A DNA stretch of 64,000 bases from an uncultured Smithella sp. (GTDB lineage: Bacteria > Desulfobacterota > Syntrophia > Syntrophales > Smithellaceae): positions 69,313 through 133,312 of the forward strand of contig CAYNWA010000001.1 of NCBI GenBank assembly GCA_964400795.1, written 5' to 3'. Shown here in pieces: positions 9,617 to 18,333 of this stretch. The notes under the pieces are model-generated. The model searched no databases and had not been told where the DNA came from. It saw only the letters and a program-made list of their open reading frames with translations. The position numbers and the translations under genes are program-made. The stretch's first letter is position 1; every line of letters begins with the position of its first letter.

Positions 9617-11362
9617 ATGGCCAACAAAAAAAGAAAACTGGGAGAGATATTAATAGAAAGCGGATTCGTTTCCGATGACCAGTTGATGAACGCGCTTGCC
9701 CTTCAAAAGAAAAGCGGAAAGATGATCGGCCAAACGCTTATTGAACTCGGTTATATTTCGGAGTCTCAACTCATGGAGGCTTTTCTAAAAAAATTCTCCA
9801 TCAATTATATCGACTGTTCCAATTTAACCGTTAAGGAAGAACACCTTAAACTGGTAAAAATGGACATGGCCGTGAAGAAAAAGATATTACCGACCAATGT
9901 GTCGGGGAATACGCTTTTCCTCGCCATGGTCAATCCTCTCGACTATTCAACGATTGACGAAGTCAAATTCCTCTCCGGACGCAATATTACACCCCTTCTT
10001 ACGACAGAATCATCCATGATGAAAGCCATTGAAAAAAACTACGGCTACTGCTCAATGGAAAAAATATGGAATCCATTGAACGAAATGCATCTGGATGGCG
10101 ATATGCAGTTCAACCTGGATAAAAATCTTGAGATCAGTCCGCCGGAAGAGAAAGAGGAGACCGACCTTAAGATCGACGAACTCTATAAGATAGGTGAAGA
10201 ACCCCCCATTGTAAAACTTGTCACGCTTATCCTCATTAATGCCGTGAAGTCAAGAGCGACAGACATCCATATAGAACCTCGTGAAAAATACGTTAATGTC
10301 CGCTACAGAATAGACGGTGATTTGACGACGGTTCTGAAAATATCAAAGAATCTTCAGGCGGCAGTCACCTCGAGGATCAAAATAATATCCACGATGAACA
10401 TCACCATACGCCGGCTGCCTCAGGATGGCAGAAGTACTGTAAAATATGAAGGCCGAATGATCGATCTTCGTGTTTCCACCATTCCCTCATCCCATGGAGA
10501 AACAATTGTCATACGAATACTCGACTCGGCCATGGGTCTCATTCCCTTAAGCAAGCTGGGAATGCCGGACAATATCATAAGAGATCTGCTGGAAATGCTG
10601 AATAAACCCCAGGGCATGCTTTTTGTTACCGGGCCGACAGGAAGCGGAAAGACCACCACACTCTATTCCCTGCTGACACAGCTTTCACTGGAATCGGAAA
10701 GCGTCGTAACCATTGAAGACCCGATCGAATATGAACTTGAGAACATCAAGCAGGTGCCGGTGAATGAAAAAATCGGGTTTACCTTTGCAGCGGCACTACG
10801 TTCCATACTCCGTCAGGACCCCGATGTTATCATGGTGGGAGAAGTCAGGGATTCCGACACCGCTCAAATTTCCACAAAAGCGGCTCTTACAGGCCACCTG
10901 GTTCTCAGTTCCGTCCACACCAACGACACCATTGCGACAATATCCCGGTTGAGGGATCTGGGCATAGAACCTTATCTTTTAAGTTCCGCCCTCAACGGCA
11001 TACTGGCGCAACGGCTCGTTAAGAAAATATGTGATAAGTGCCGTGTGGAATTTGAAATACCAGCATACCTTTATGATAATTATCCCTATCTCAAAAAGTT
11101 GAATATCGCCATCGCTTATAAAGGGAAAGGGTGTGAAGAATGCGGTTTTACGGGATATAGGGGACGAGTTGGTATTTTCGAATTCCTGCGCGTCGACAGC
11201 GATCTCAGAAAGGCTATCCCGAAATATAACTCCGACCAGGAACTCTGCAACCTTGCCCGGGAAAACGGAATGAAAACACTGATCGAAGATGCCTGCGAAA
11301 AAGTCGAAAACGGTACTACCACCCTAAAAGAAGTCCTTACAAAAATACACTATTATGAATAA
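9617..11362 (+). CDS. GspE/PilB-family secretion ATPase with an N-terminal MshEN (T2SSE_N) domain
   Basis: Walker A is GPTGSGKTT and Walker B/Asp box is DPDVIMVGEVRD; the His box is SSVHTND. A C-terminal tetracysteine is present (CDKC...CEEC). The N-terminus KLGEILIESGFVSDDQLMNALALQ fits the MshEN motif. Confidence 0.9.
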   Translation: MANKKRKLGEILIESGFVSDDQLMNALALQKKSGKMIGQTLIELGYISESQLMEAFLKKFSINYIDCSNLTVKEEHLKLVKMDMAVKKKILPTNVSGNTLFLAMVNPLDYSTIDEVKFLSGRNITPLLTTESSMMKAIEKNYGYCSMEKIWNPLNEMHLDGDMQFNLDKNLEISPPEEKEETDLKIDELYKIGEEPPIVKLVTLILINAVKSRATDIHIEPREKYVNVRYRIDGDLTTVLKISKNLQAAVTSRIKIISTMNITIRRLPQDGRSTVKYEGRMIDLRVSTIPSSHGETIVIRILDSAMGLIPLSKLGMPDNIIRDLLEMLNKPQGMLFVTGPTGSGKTTTLYSLLTQLSLESESVVTIEDPIEYELENIKQVPVNEKIGFTFAAALRSILRQDPDVIMVGEVRDSDTAQISTKAALTGHLVLSSVHTNDTIATISRLRDLGIEPYLLSSALNGILAQRLVKKICDKCRVEFEIPAYLYDNYPYLKKLNIAIAYKGKGCEECGFTGYRGRVGIFEFLRVDSDLRKAIPKYNSDQELCNLARENGMKTLIEDACEKVENGTTTLKEVLTKIHYYE

Positions 11363-11435
11363 ATTTTATAATACTCTTTGCAGAAAACCGGGATCGTTTC
11401 GGCTCTTGCTGGTACGCTCTGAATAAAGCCAGAGA

Positions 11436-12359
11436 TTATCTGCCCTCTTTTCTAAAGAGCTTAATTTGTTCCTGATAGCTTTTCATTTCTTCAGGTGTGA
11501 CTTTTTCCAAAATACATTCCTCAACCATATAACCTGTCACCTTGTCATCAAATTGCATTCTGGCAGTGGTGTGACCGGTTACCTCCTGAGCGATTTCGTC
11601 TTTTATATGTAAAAATGTTCTCCCCCCGGACCTTAATTGATGAATAACCATATTTTTTTTCGGCTCCGGCAAACCCATCCGGGCAGCGCGGCCTTCAAAG
11701 TCCCGTCGATCAATTTCCGTTTTAATTCCATCCACCAAAAACAATATCCCACCGAATGGCAGCATCGTTGCTGCACCGGCAACCGAGCCGGCCGTACCCA
11801 CGGCAATACTCGAATAGTCGGAAAATTTTCTGGAACGAAGTTCTGCAGCCGTCAATTTGCGAAATTTCAAAAGAATGCGATAGCCATAAAAATCCTTGAA
11901 GCTTTCCTGTAACTGATAATATTTCAGAGCGCGCACGATAAATTCCGAGACATGACCAAGATAAAGTTTTTCACTGGACGGTAATTTCACCGATTCCGGA
12001 TTAACATCACGCGATAGCTTCAGGCAGCTGAAAAGCGTATCCTGTTCTTCCGGTCCTGATGCGCAACCCGGTAGAAGAATCACATTAACTTCTCCTCTCG
12101 TGGCAAGCGCTTTGACCTCTTCGTCATAGGGATCGAATTTTCTATCAAGATAATTCTTGTAAAATGTGCCACACCCGGAAAAACTTAAAACTAGCAAAAC
12201 GTTGCTTAGCAGCATGATGATCCACCGGGCTGAATATTTTACCTGCTGAACATTGCCGGCTCCAAACCGGCTATCAGTATGGTTCTCTGTGTCACGAATA
12301 CCTTCATTTTTTTCTTTCATTTTGTTTATTGGTTTGGAAAATAATTTGTCAATAAGCAT
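11436..12359 (-). CDS. hypothetical protein, probable lipoprotein
   Basis: ORF with an internal lipobox-like segment MLLSNVLLVLSFSGC (ATG at 12215). The true start is uncertain (12359, 12320 or 12215). I recognise no domain. Confidence 0.45.
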   Translation of the reverse strand: MLIDKLFSKPINKMKEKNEGIRDTENHTDSRFGAGNVQQVKYSARWIIMLLSNVLLVLSFSGCGTFYKNYLDRKFDPYDEEVKALATRGEVNVILLPGCASGPEEQDTLFSCLKLSRDVNPESVKLPSSEKLYLGHVSEFIVRALKYYQLQESFKDFYGYRILLKFRKLTAAELRSRKFSDYSSIAVGTAGSVAGAATMLPFGGILFLVDGIKTEIDRRDFEGRAARMGLPEPKKNMVIHQLRSGGRTFLHIKDEIAQEVTGHTTARMQFDDKVTGYMVEECILEKVTPEEMKSYQEQIKLFRKEGR

Positions 12360-12485
12360 GATCGGATTTTAATTATTGGAGTTTATTACAGTCAGGAATA
12401 TATGAAGAAAATCTTTTTGTCAAAAGTTTAAACAAAACATTTCCTTTGATGCCTCACGGACACGCTTTAAAATAGTTTTTTATCC

Positions 12486-13700
12486 TTATTCAAAAGTGAC
12501 GACGGTTTTCATCGCCCGGTTGGTTTCTTTCTGAAGATTGACCTCTATCATTTCCCGGTATTTTTCCAGCGGGAATTTGTGGGTGAGCATGTCTTCCACC
12601 TGCACTTTTTTGGACGCGATCAGATCCAGAGCCATGGCAAAGGTGTGTTTCCGCGTGCCCGCGATCTCATTGTAACGGTAACCGTAACAGCCTTTTATCG
12701 TCTGCAACTTCAGCCATAATGTCGTAAGATCCAGTTTAACTTCCTTGCCGATACCGATGACAGAAAGCGCGCCATTGGTTGCCGTTACTCGCAGTGCCAG
12801 ATTCAGGGTTCTGGCATTCCCCACCGTATCATAAACTTTATCAAATCCACTCATGACCACGCGCTCACCCAGGACGGGTTTATACGCGCGCCCGCCGGCA
12901 ATTTCCACGGCCGCTTCAATGATTCCGCCTTTTATCGTCCGGTTGGCGCCCGATTTTTTTACATAGTCCGCAGCAAAGTTGGATGGTTCGACAACGGTTA
13001 TATCGCAGGCAATATCCAGCGCCCTGACACTCTTGACCACCATGGCGCCGATAACGCCGCCACCGATGACCAGCACCCTGTCCGTGTCCGCGGGTTTGTT
13101 GTCCAGCACAGCCTGCAAACCGACCGCCAGCGGTTCCGTCATGGTTGCCGCTTCCGGCGATACAGCGGCAGGGACAACATAGACATTACTTTGATGTACC
13201 ACAACATATTCGGCAAACCCGCCATTGATATCCTTGCAGATGCCAATGAACATCCCCGGCGCGAACGAGCCTTCGGCAAAGTTTTCGCAATTGGCCGTGG
13301 TGCCGGCAGCACAACTGCGGCAGACCGGTTTAATACCACGTGTTTCGCAGTTCAGTGCCGGCACAGCCGTGACCAGATCACCCTTCTTGACATTTTTAAC
13401 ATCTGCTCCGACTTCAACCACCCTCCCGCAGAATTCATGACCGGGCACGCAAGGGAAAGAAGTAAACGGCATGGCTGAAGGAGAATCTTTCATAAACATG
13501 AGATTGATATCGCTACCGCACACGCCACAGAGTTTGATTTTAATCTTCACCCATTCGGGCGAAGGCAAAGCAGGTTCCGGAATAGCCGCCAGCTTCACGG
13601 TGGAAAACGGACCACGATAGCAAAATTTATTACTCAGCGGTCGCAGCGCATGCAACGCCACGAAGCGCAACGGATCAAGATTAAGCAGTAGCGCTTTCAT
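12486..13700 (-). CDS. zinc-dependent alcohol dehydrogenase family (MDR) oxidoreductase
   Basis: Motifs CGVCGSDINL, PGHEFCGRVVEVG, the structural-Zn cysteines CETRGIKPVCRSCAAGTTANC, and the Rossmann motif VLVIGGGVIGAM. Confidence 0.85.
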   Translation of the reverse strand: MKALLLNLDPLRFVALHALRPLSNKFCYRGPFSTVKLAAIPEPALPSPEWVKIKIKLCGVCGSDINLMFMKDSPSAMPFTSFPCVPGHEFCGRVVEVGADVKNVKKGDLVTAVPALNCETRGIKPVCRSCAAGTTANCENFAEGSFAPGMFIGICKDINGGFAEYVVVHQSNVYVVPAAVSPEAATMTEPLAVGLQAVLDNKPADTDRVLVIGGGVIGAMVVKSVRALDIACDITVVEPSNFAADYVKKSGANRTIKGGIIEAAVEIAGGRAYKPVLGERVVMSGFDKVYDTVGNARTLNLALRVTATNGALSVIGIGKEVKLDLTTLWLKLQTIKGCYGYRYNEIAGTRKHTFAMALDLIASKKVQVEDMLTHKFPLEKYREMIEVNLQKETNRAMKTVVTFE

Positions 13701-13704
13701 TAAT

Positions 13705-15372
13705 TTATTCCATTTTTAGAGCCTGATAGAAAAGCGGCGTAGCCGGACTTGTCACCGTCGGATCGGTTATCACGTTCACGCATGCGGGCTTGCCCGAGGC
13801 AAACGCGCGTTCCAGCGCCGGAATAATTTCTTCATCTTTTGTAACAAACTCGCCGTGCCCCCCAAGACCCTCAACCATTTTCTCATAGTGCCGCGTGCCG
13901 AGTTCCGAACACTGGAGACGATCTTTGCCGATGGAAAGCTCCTGACTGTGCTTGATCATGCCCCAGGCGCAGTCGTTGACAATCACACATACCACCGGAA
14001 TATTATGGCGCACCATGGTATCGAACTCCATGGCGTTGAAGCCGAAGGAACCATCGCCGTTGAGAACCACCACTTTTTTATCAGGTCGGGCCAGTTTTGC
14101 CGCCATGCCAAAAGGGATGCCCGTGCCCAGGCATCCCAGAAGGCCCGCGGCTGAAGCAATAACGCCGGCCTTTTCCATTGAAGAAAAAGCAAGCCCGAAA
14201 TATTGGGTATCCCCGCCGTCGGCAACATAGATCGCGTCATTGCCCACAAACTTCTGTATTTGGGCAACCAGACGGATGGGATGGATCGGATCGGACGCGG
14301 TTTCACGCATCCTTAACTCATAATCGAGCACCGAACGTCCCGCGGATTTCAGGGTGTCCCGCCACTCGCTGTGGTAATTTTCATTGACCAGAGGTATGAG
14401 TTGCTCAAGAACCGAACCGATGTCGCCCACCAGTCCCACGTCAGCCTCAACATTCCGATTGATTTCCAGCGGATCAATATCTATTCGGATCATTTTCACT
14501 GTCGGTGGAATGAGTTGGCCATATTGAAGAAGCCAATTGAACCGAAGGCCTGCAGCAATGATTACATCGTTCTGGCTGATACTAAAAAACAAGCCCAGTT
14601 GTCCCATATCCATGACGGAGTTGGGATGATCATCAGGAAGCTCTCCTCTTCCGTTATTCAGAAGCATGAAGGGAATGCCCGTCTTTTCAACAAACTTCTG
14701 AAGCAAACCGGAACAACCGCTGAATCCCACACCGGAACCACCTAAAAATAAGGGTTTCTTCGCCTTGTTGATAATTTCTGCCGCAGCTTTAAGGTCGATG
14801 TCATCGGGATGAACGGTGTATTGAGGATTGGATTTTGAAGGCATGGGAGCAAGCGACTCATCAACCTTTACATTAAGAATATCAGGAGGCAATTCCAGCA
14901 TGACAGGCCCGGGTCTTCCCCCGGTGGCATTTCTGAAAGCGATGGACAGGTACTCGGGAATACGTTTCGTGTCATAACAGGTGGCCGCCCATTTTGTCAT
15001 AGGTCTCACTACTTCAATCTGATTCATTTCCTGGAGCGCTCCTTTCAGATCGTCGCGGATCGGGGCTCTGCCGCACAGTACCACGAGGGGAGCGTTGTCA
15101 AGGTGCGCATTGGCAATGCCCGTGATGCCGTTCGTGAAACCGGGACCCGCGGTGAGAAAACATACCCCAGGCTTACCAGAATAAATGGACCAGGCATGCG
15201 CCATCATGGCCGCAGCCTGCTCGTGCCGGACATCAATGGTTCGTATTTTATATTCCGTAAAGCTGTCCAGAATCGATTCCAGATGCCCCCCGGAAATCCC
15301 GAATACAATGTCCACTTTTTCTATTTCTTTAAGATATTTGCCAACCAGATGACCACCCATTATTGTTGCCAT
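13705..15372 (-). CDS. thiamine-diphosphate-dependent enzyme (acetolactate synthase / oxalyl-CoA decarboxylase / 2-hydroxyacyl-CoA lyase superfamily)
   Basis: 555 aa. The N-terminal PYR domain reads VRHEQAAAMMAHAW...TAGPGFTNGITGIANA. The TPP-binding motif is GDGSFGFNAMEFDT...VIVNDCAWG. An AGGAG RBS is present, and the gene ends 4 nt before the ADH start. Confidence 0.85.
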   Translation of the reverse strand: MATIMGGHLVGKYLKEIEKVDIVFGISGGHLESILDSFTEYKIRTIDVRHEQAAAMMAHAWSIYSGKPGVCFLTAGPGFTNGITGIANAHLDNAPLVVLCGRAPIRDDLKGALQEMNQIEVVRPMTKWAATCYDTKRIPEYLSIAFRNATGGRPGPVMLELPPDILNVKVDESLAPMPSKSNPQYTVHPDDIDLKAAAEIINKAKKPLFLGGSGVGFSGCSGLLQKFVEKTGIPFMLLNNGRGELPDDHPNSVMDMGQLGLFFSISQNDVIIAAGLRFNWLLQYGQLIPPTVKMIRIDIDPLEINRNVEADVGLVGDIGSVLEQLIPLVNENYHSEWRDTLKSAGRSVLDYELRMRETASDPIHPIRLVAQIQKFVGNDAIYVADGGDTQYFGLAFSSMEKAGVIASAAGLLGCLGTGIPFGMAAKLARPDKKVVVLNGDGSFGFNAMEFDTMVRHNIPVVCVIVNDCAWGMIKHSQELSIGKDRLQCSELGTRHYEKMVEGLGGHGEFVTKDEEIIPALERAFASGKPACVNVITDPTVTSPATPLFYQALKME

Positions 15373-15449
15373 TATTGATCTCCTTTCAATGATCAGTTGA
15401 TTACGAGACTTTGATATTTATTTACCCCCTCATGCTGGCTAATCTAAAA

Positions 15450-15560
15450 TTCCCCTCCCTTGAGGGCCATGGTGCCCTTTAGGGTAGAGGGGTTAGGGGA
15501 GGGTGTAATATTTATTTTCTCACCCCCACCTTTGTCCTCCCCCCTCAAGGGGGAGGACAA
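15450..15560. repeat. GC-rich palindromic intergenic element inside the SCP2/TPP operon
   Basis: A perfect 12-bp hairpin, ttgtcctccccc-ctcaa-gggggaggacaa, sits at 15532-15560. Upstream of it lie C-rich and G-rich blocks (tcccctcccttgaggg ... gaggggttaggggagggtg). The catggtgccctttagggta module resembles 44208-44226. Confidence 0.55.
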
Positions 15561-15564
15561 AAAT

Positions 15565-15924
15565 TTACATTACTAACTTCACGCCGTCATTAAACCACTG
15601 CGCGAAAAAAGCCATGCCGTCGAGCTTCATCTTGCCCGCGGCTGCGGCTTTGAACTGTTCTTCATCACTCTTTGATGCCATTACTCTGAAACCGGTAGCC
15701 GCGTCCGACCAGACAATAGCCACATCGTATGGATGATTGGCGCCAGACTTGGAGCTCACCGTCCCCTGATCGAAAATGAAAAGCCTTCCCCATTTTCCGT
15801 CCGCCGTCTTGATCATAATTCTTATCTGATGAATAGACCCGATGTAATTCCGATAGGCCGGTTTCATTTTCGCCGCCCACTTGAGAATTTGATACAAAAT
15901 GAACAGCAACGCTGAAAATCTCAT
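15565..15924 (-). CDS. SCP2 (sterol/lipid carrier)-like small protein
   Basis: 119 aa with a strong GGAGGAG RBS. The C-terminal pattern AAAAGKMKLDGMAFFAQWF resembles the SCP2 GKLKixGdmxxaxkl tail. Confidence 0.5.
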   Translation of the reverse strand: MRFSALLFILYQILKWAAKMKPAYRNYIGSIHQIRIMIKTADGKWGRLFIFDQGTVSSKSGANHPYDVAIVWSDAATGFRVMASKSDEEQFKAAAAGKMKLDGMAFFAQWFNDGVKLVM

Positions 15925-16010
15925 AGTGCCTCTCCTCCAATCAATAAATTATTCTATACGACTTTAATGCTTTCTATTTGTGTCGCAGTTTAGCCAAAAT
16001 CAATTTCATT

Positions 16011-16052
16011 TACAATGACAGGAAAAGACATTTATCTTGTCATTTGCGGCCA
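16011..16052. promoter_or_regulatory. 42-bp operator/promoter module, copy 1 (upstream of the SCP2-TPP-ADH operon)
   Basis: tACAATGACaggaaAAGACATTTATcTTGTCATTTgCGGCCA. It contains the inverted repeat AATGACA-N19-TGTCATT. I count 35 of 42 positions identical to copy 2. Its left edge is 87 nt from the start codon at 15924. Confidence 0.55.
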
Positions 16053-16084
16053 TAAATTTATGACATACATCTAAAATATACGAC

Positions 16085-16906
16085 TCATATCTCAATTATG
16101 TGAGACTTGACATCCGGATCGTGGCTGGCAATGGTTTCTATGCAATCCGGCCTCTGTGACATTTCCCGTACCCATTGCAGCGACTCCATTACTTGTTTTT
16201 TGTTCATCATTACGCCGGGGGGAATCATTTGCTCCCATGATTTTTTCGCATAAGCGCAATCGCTGGTTAAAAGAACGAATTTGCCGTTTCCTTGAATCAG
16301 CGTTGTCACCAGACCGGGCGTGTGTCCGGGCACATGTACAAAAACAACCGAGTCATCTCCAAACAGATCAAAGGATCGATGCCGAGGTCCATACTGTGAC
16401 GAAGCCAGACAAAATGTTTTTAAATTTACGCCTTCCCACATGTGATGAATATAATGTAATTTGTGCTTTTGAGCCGCCAGCAATTCGTCCTCACTGGTCA
16501 TAATGTTTCTGGCTTCACGGACCAACTTCACGCCGCTGGCGTGATCATCATGGAGATGACTTAGAATTACATAATCGAGGTCGCCGGGCTTGATTCCCAG
16601 TGCGCTCAGTTTATCGGTGACTGTTTCCCCTTCAGGAAGAATCGCTTTATTTATTTTATAATGAATCAGTCCGAGATATTTTATTTGATTGTCTCTCAAG
16701 TTGGTATGCCAGCCGGTATCAATCAGGATCAGGCCTTTCGGATGTTCGATAAGAAATACAGAAACCGGAAGGATAACCTGATGTTTCTTCGATCGGAACA
16801 GGCCCATAAAGGCAAACGGATTGATGGTCTCTTGCCGGAACGGCAGGCCGATATCCACCTGAACCTGACCACAGTGAATAACATGAAGTTTAATGGAATT
16901 GCTCAT
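16085..16906 (-). CDS. MBL-fold metallo-hydrolase, N-acyl-homoserine-lactonase-like family
   Basis: 273 aa with LSHLHDDHASG (HxHxDH), later HVPGHTPG, and a terminal aspartate/histidine. The size and motif order match AttM/AiiB-type lactonases. Confidence 0.75.
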   Translation of the reverse strand: MSNSIKLHVIHCGQVQVDIGLPFRQETINPFAFMGLFRSKKHQVILPVSVFLIEHPKGLILIDTGWHTNLRDNQIKYLGLIHYKINKAILPEGETVTDKLSALGIKPGDLDYVILSHLHDDHASGVKLVREARNIMTSEDELLAAQKHKLHYIHHMWEGVNLKTFCLASSQYGPRHRSFDLFGDDSVVFVHVPGHTPGLVTTLIQGNGKFVLLTSDCAYAKKSWEQMIPPGVMMNKKQVMESLQWVREMSQRPDCIETIASHDPDVKSHIIEI

Positions 16907-16993
16907 ATTTCACTTCCGTGAAAATCTTCTTTCGTCATCATTACATTATATCAACGAAATATTTTTTACAGTCTAATCAAAATTAAGTTCCTT

Positions 16994-17035
16994 GACAATG
17001 ACTTGGCAAGACATTTATATTGTCATTTACGGCCA
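16994..17035. promoter_or_regulatory. 42-bp operator/promoter module, copy 2 (between the MBL gene and the AraC gene)
   Basis: gACAATGACttggcAAGACATTTATaTTGTCATTTaCGGCCA. Its left edge is 88 nt from the MBL start codon (16906), and its right edge is 11 nt from the AraC ATG (17046). Confidence 0.55.
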
Positions 17036-17045
17036 GAGAAGAAAT

Positions 17046-18113
17046 ATGAATAAATTATCCAAAACCGATTCCATTCATTTGATATCGAGCGGCACCCTCC
17101 CGTATTTCCGCTCGGTCAACAGTCTGGCGATCATGGCCCGTTATGTGAAAAAGCAAGGGGTTGACATAAAATCCCTTCTTGCCGGAAGCGGCATATATTC
17201 AAACGACCTAGACAATCCCGATATTTTTATCACTCCGGAACAGGAACTGGCGGTGATGCGCAAGATCATCACGCTGGTGCCGGACCCGAAGATCGGGCTA
17301 ACCATCGGCCAGTTGTTTCACGTCGGCGTGCAGGGCAAACTGGGTACGGCAGCCATTTTCAGCGATACCGGTCTCGAAGCCATCACCATGTTTTTCAAGT
17401 ATATTGCCCTAACCATGACCTATTTCCAGTATGAGCTGACTGCAAAAGAAAACCTGGCCTTTGTAAGTGCCAGGGAACTGATCGACCTGAAAGAATTACG
17501 CGTCTTTGCCTCTGAAAGAGAATTTGTTTCCATCTACCGGATTGTCAGCGATATCCTCAATGCTCCCGTTCCGTTAAATGAAATACGATTTGCATATCCC
17601 AAACCTGCTTATGCTTCCGCGTATGAAGATGTCTTTCATTGCCCGGTCAGGTTCAATGCACCGGAACAGATGATCATTTTCGACAGTCGATTGCTTTCCA
17701 TCCCGCTGCCCATGTCCAATCCCATCGCCAAAAAAACGTACGAGCAGGAATGCAAGCAAATGTGCCGGCGCCTGAAAGTCAAGGAGACCACGACCGATCA
17801 GGTCCGCCAGGAAATTTTATTCAAGAAAGAAAGCTTTCCTTCCTTTTCTGAACTGTCCCGGCATTTGAATATTTCGCCAAGAACGCTCCGGCGGCGGCTT
17901 ACGGATGAAAAGACATCCTATAAATCGCTCACTGCGAATATCCGGAAAAAGAAGGCTATTGATCTGCTGAAGACGACCGATTATCCCGTTGAACAAATTG
18001 CTACAGAATTAGGTTACAGCGACTTATCAAACTTTTACCGCGCCTTTAGACGCTGGACAGGCAAGAATCCAGGCTTTTATCGAAAAGGAATCAGTGCAAG
18101 AAAAAACCAGTAA
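17046..18113 (+). CDS. AraC-family transcriptional regulator with an N-terminal ligand-binding-type domain
   Basis: The C-terminal double HTH reads LSRHLNISPRTLRRRLTDEKTSYKSL...IATELGYSDLSNFYRAFRRWTGKNP. The track start 16992 lies upstream; the first convincing ATG is 17046 (MNKLSK). Confidence 0.85.
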   Translation: MNKLSKTDSIHLISSGTLPYFRSVNSLAIMARYVKKQGVDIKSLLAGSGIYSNDLDNPDIFITPEQELAVMRKIITLVPDPKIGLTIGQLFHVGVQGKLGTAAIFSDTGLEAITMFFKYIALTMTYFQYELTAKENLAFVSARELIDLKELRVFASEREFVSIYRIVSDILNAPVPLNEIRFAYPKPAYASAYEDVFHCPVRFNAPEQMIIFDSRLLSIPLPMSNPIAKKTYEQECKQMCRRLKVKETTTDQVRQEILFKKESFPSFSELSRHLNISPRTLRRRLTDEKTSYKSLTANIRKKKAIDLLKTTDYPVEQIATELGYSDLSNFYRAFRRWTGKNPGFYRKGISARKNQ

Positions 18114-18333
18114 GTTTCCCCGGATTATTTCTAATCTGCTCTGGATATGCAGCGGTAACAATTAATTTCCGAGTTACTCTTTTTCTAATGAATTTGTATT
18201 ATAATAGCACTACTCATTATTTTAAAAAGATGAAAATCAGTCTTCTGACTGCTGACAGGAAGAAGTGCTTGCTGAGGTTACCTACAAAGGAACCTTTATG
18301 TTTATTAAAATGAACGGAGAAGCGACTGATGAA

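Noticed and set aside
9617-11362. A type II secretion or type IV pilus locus
   Set aside because: Only the ATPase is present. No platform, pilin, secretin or prepilin peptidase genes occur in the window, so no such system is claimed.
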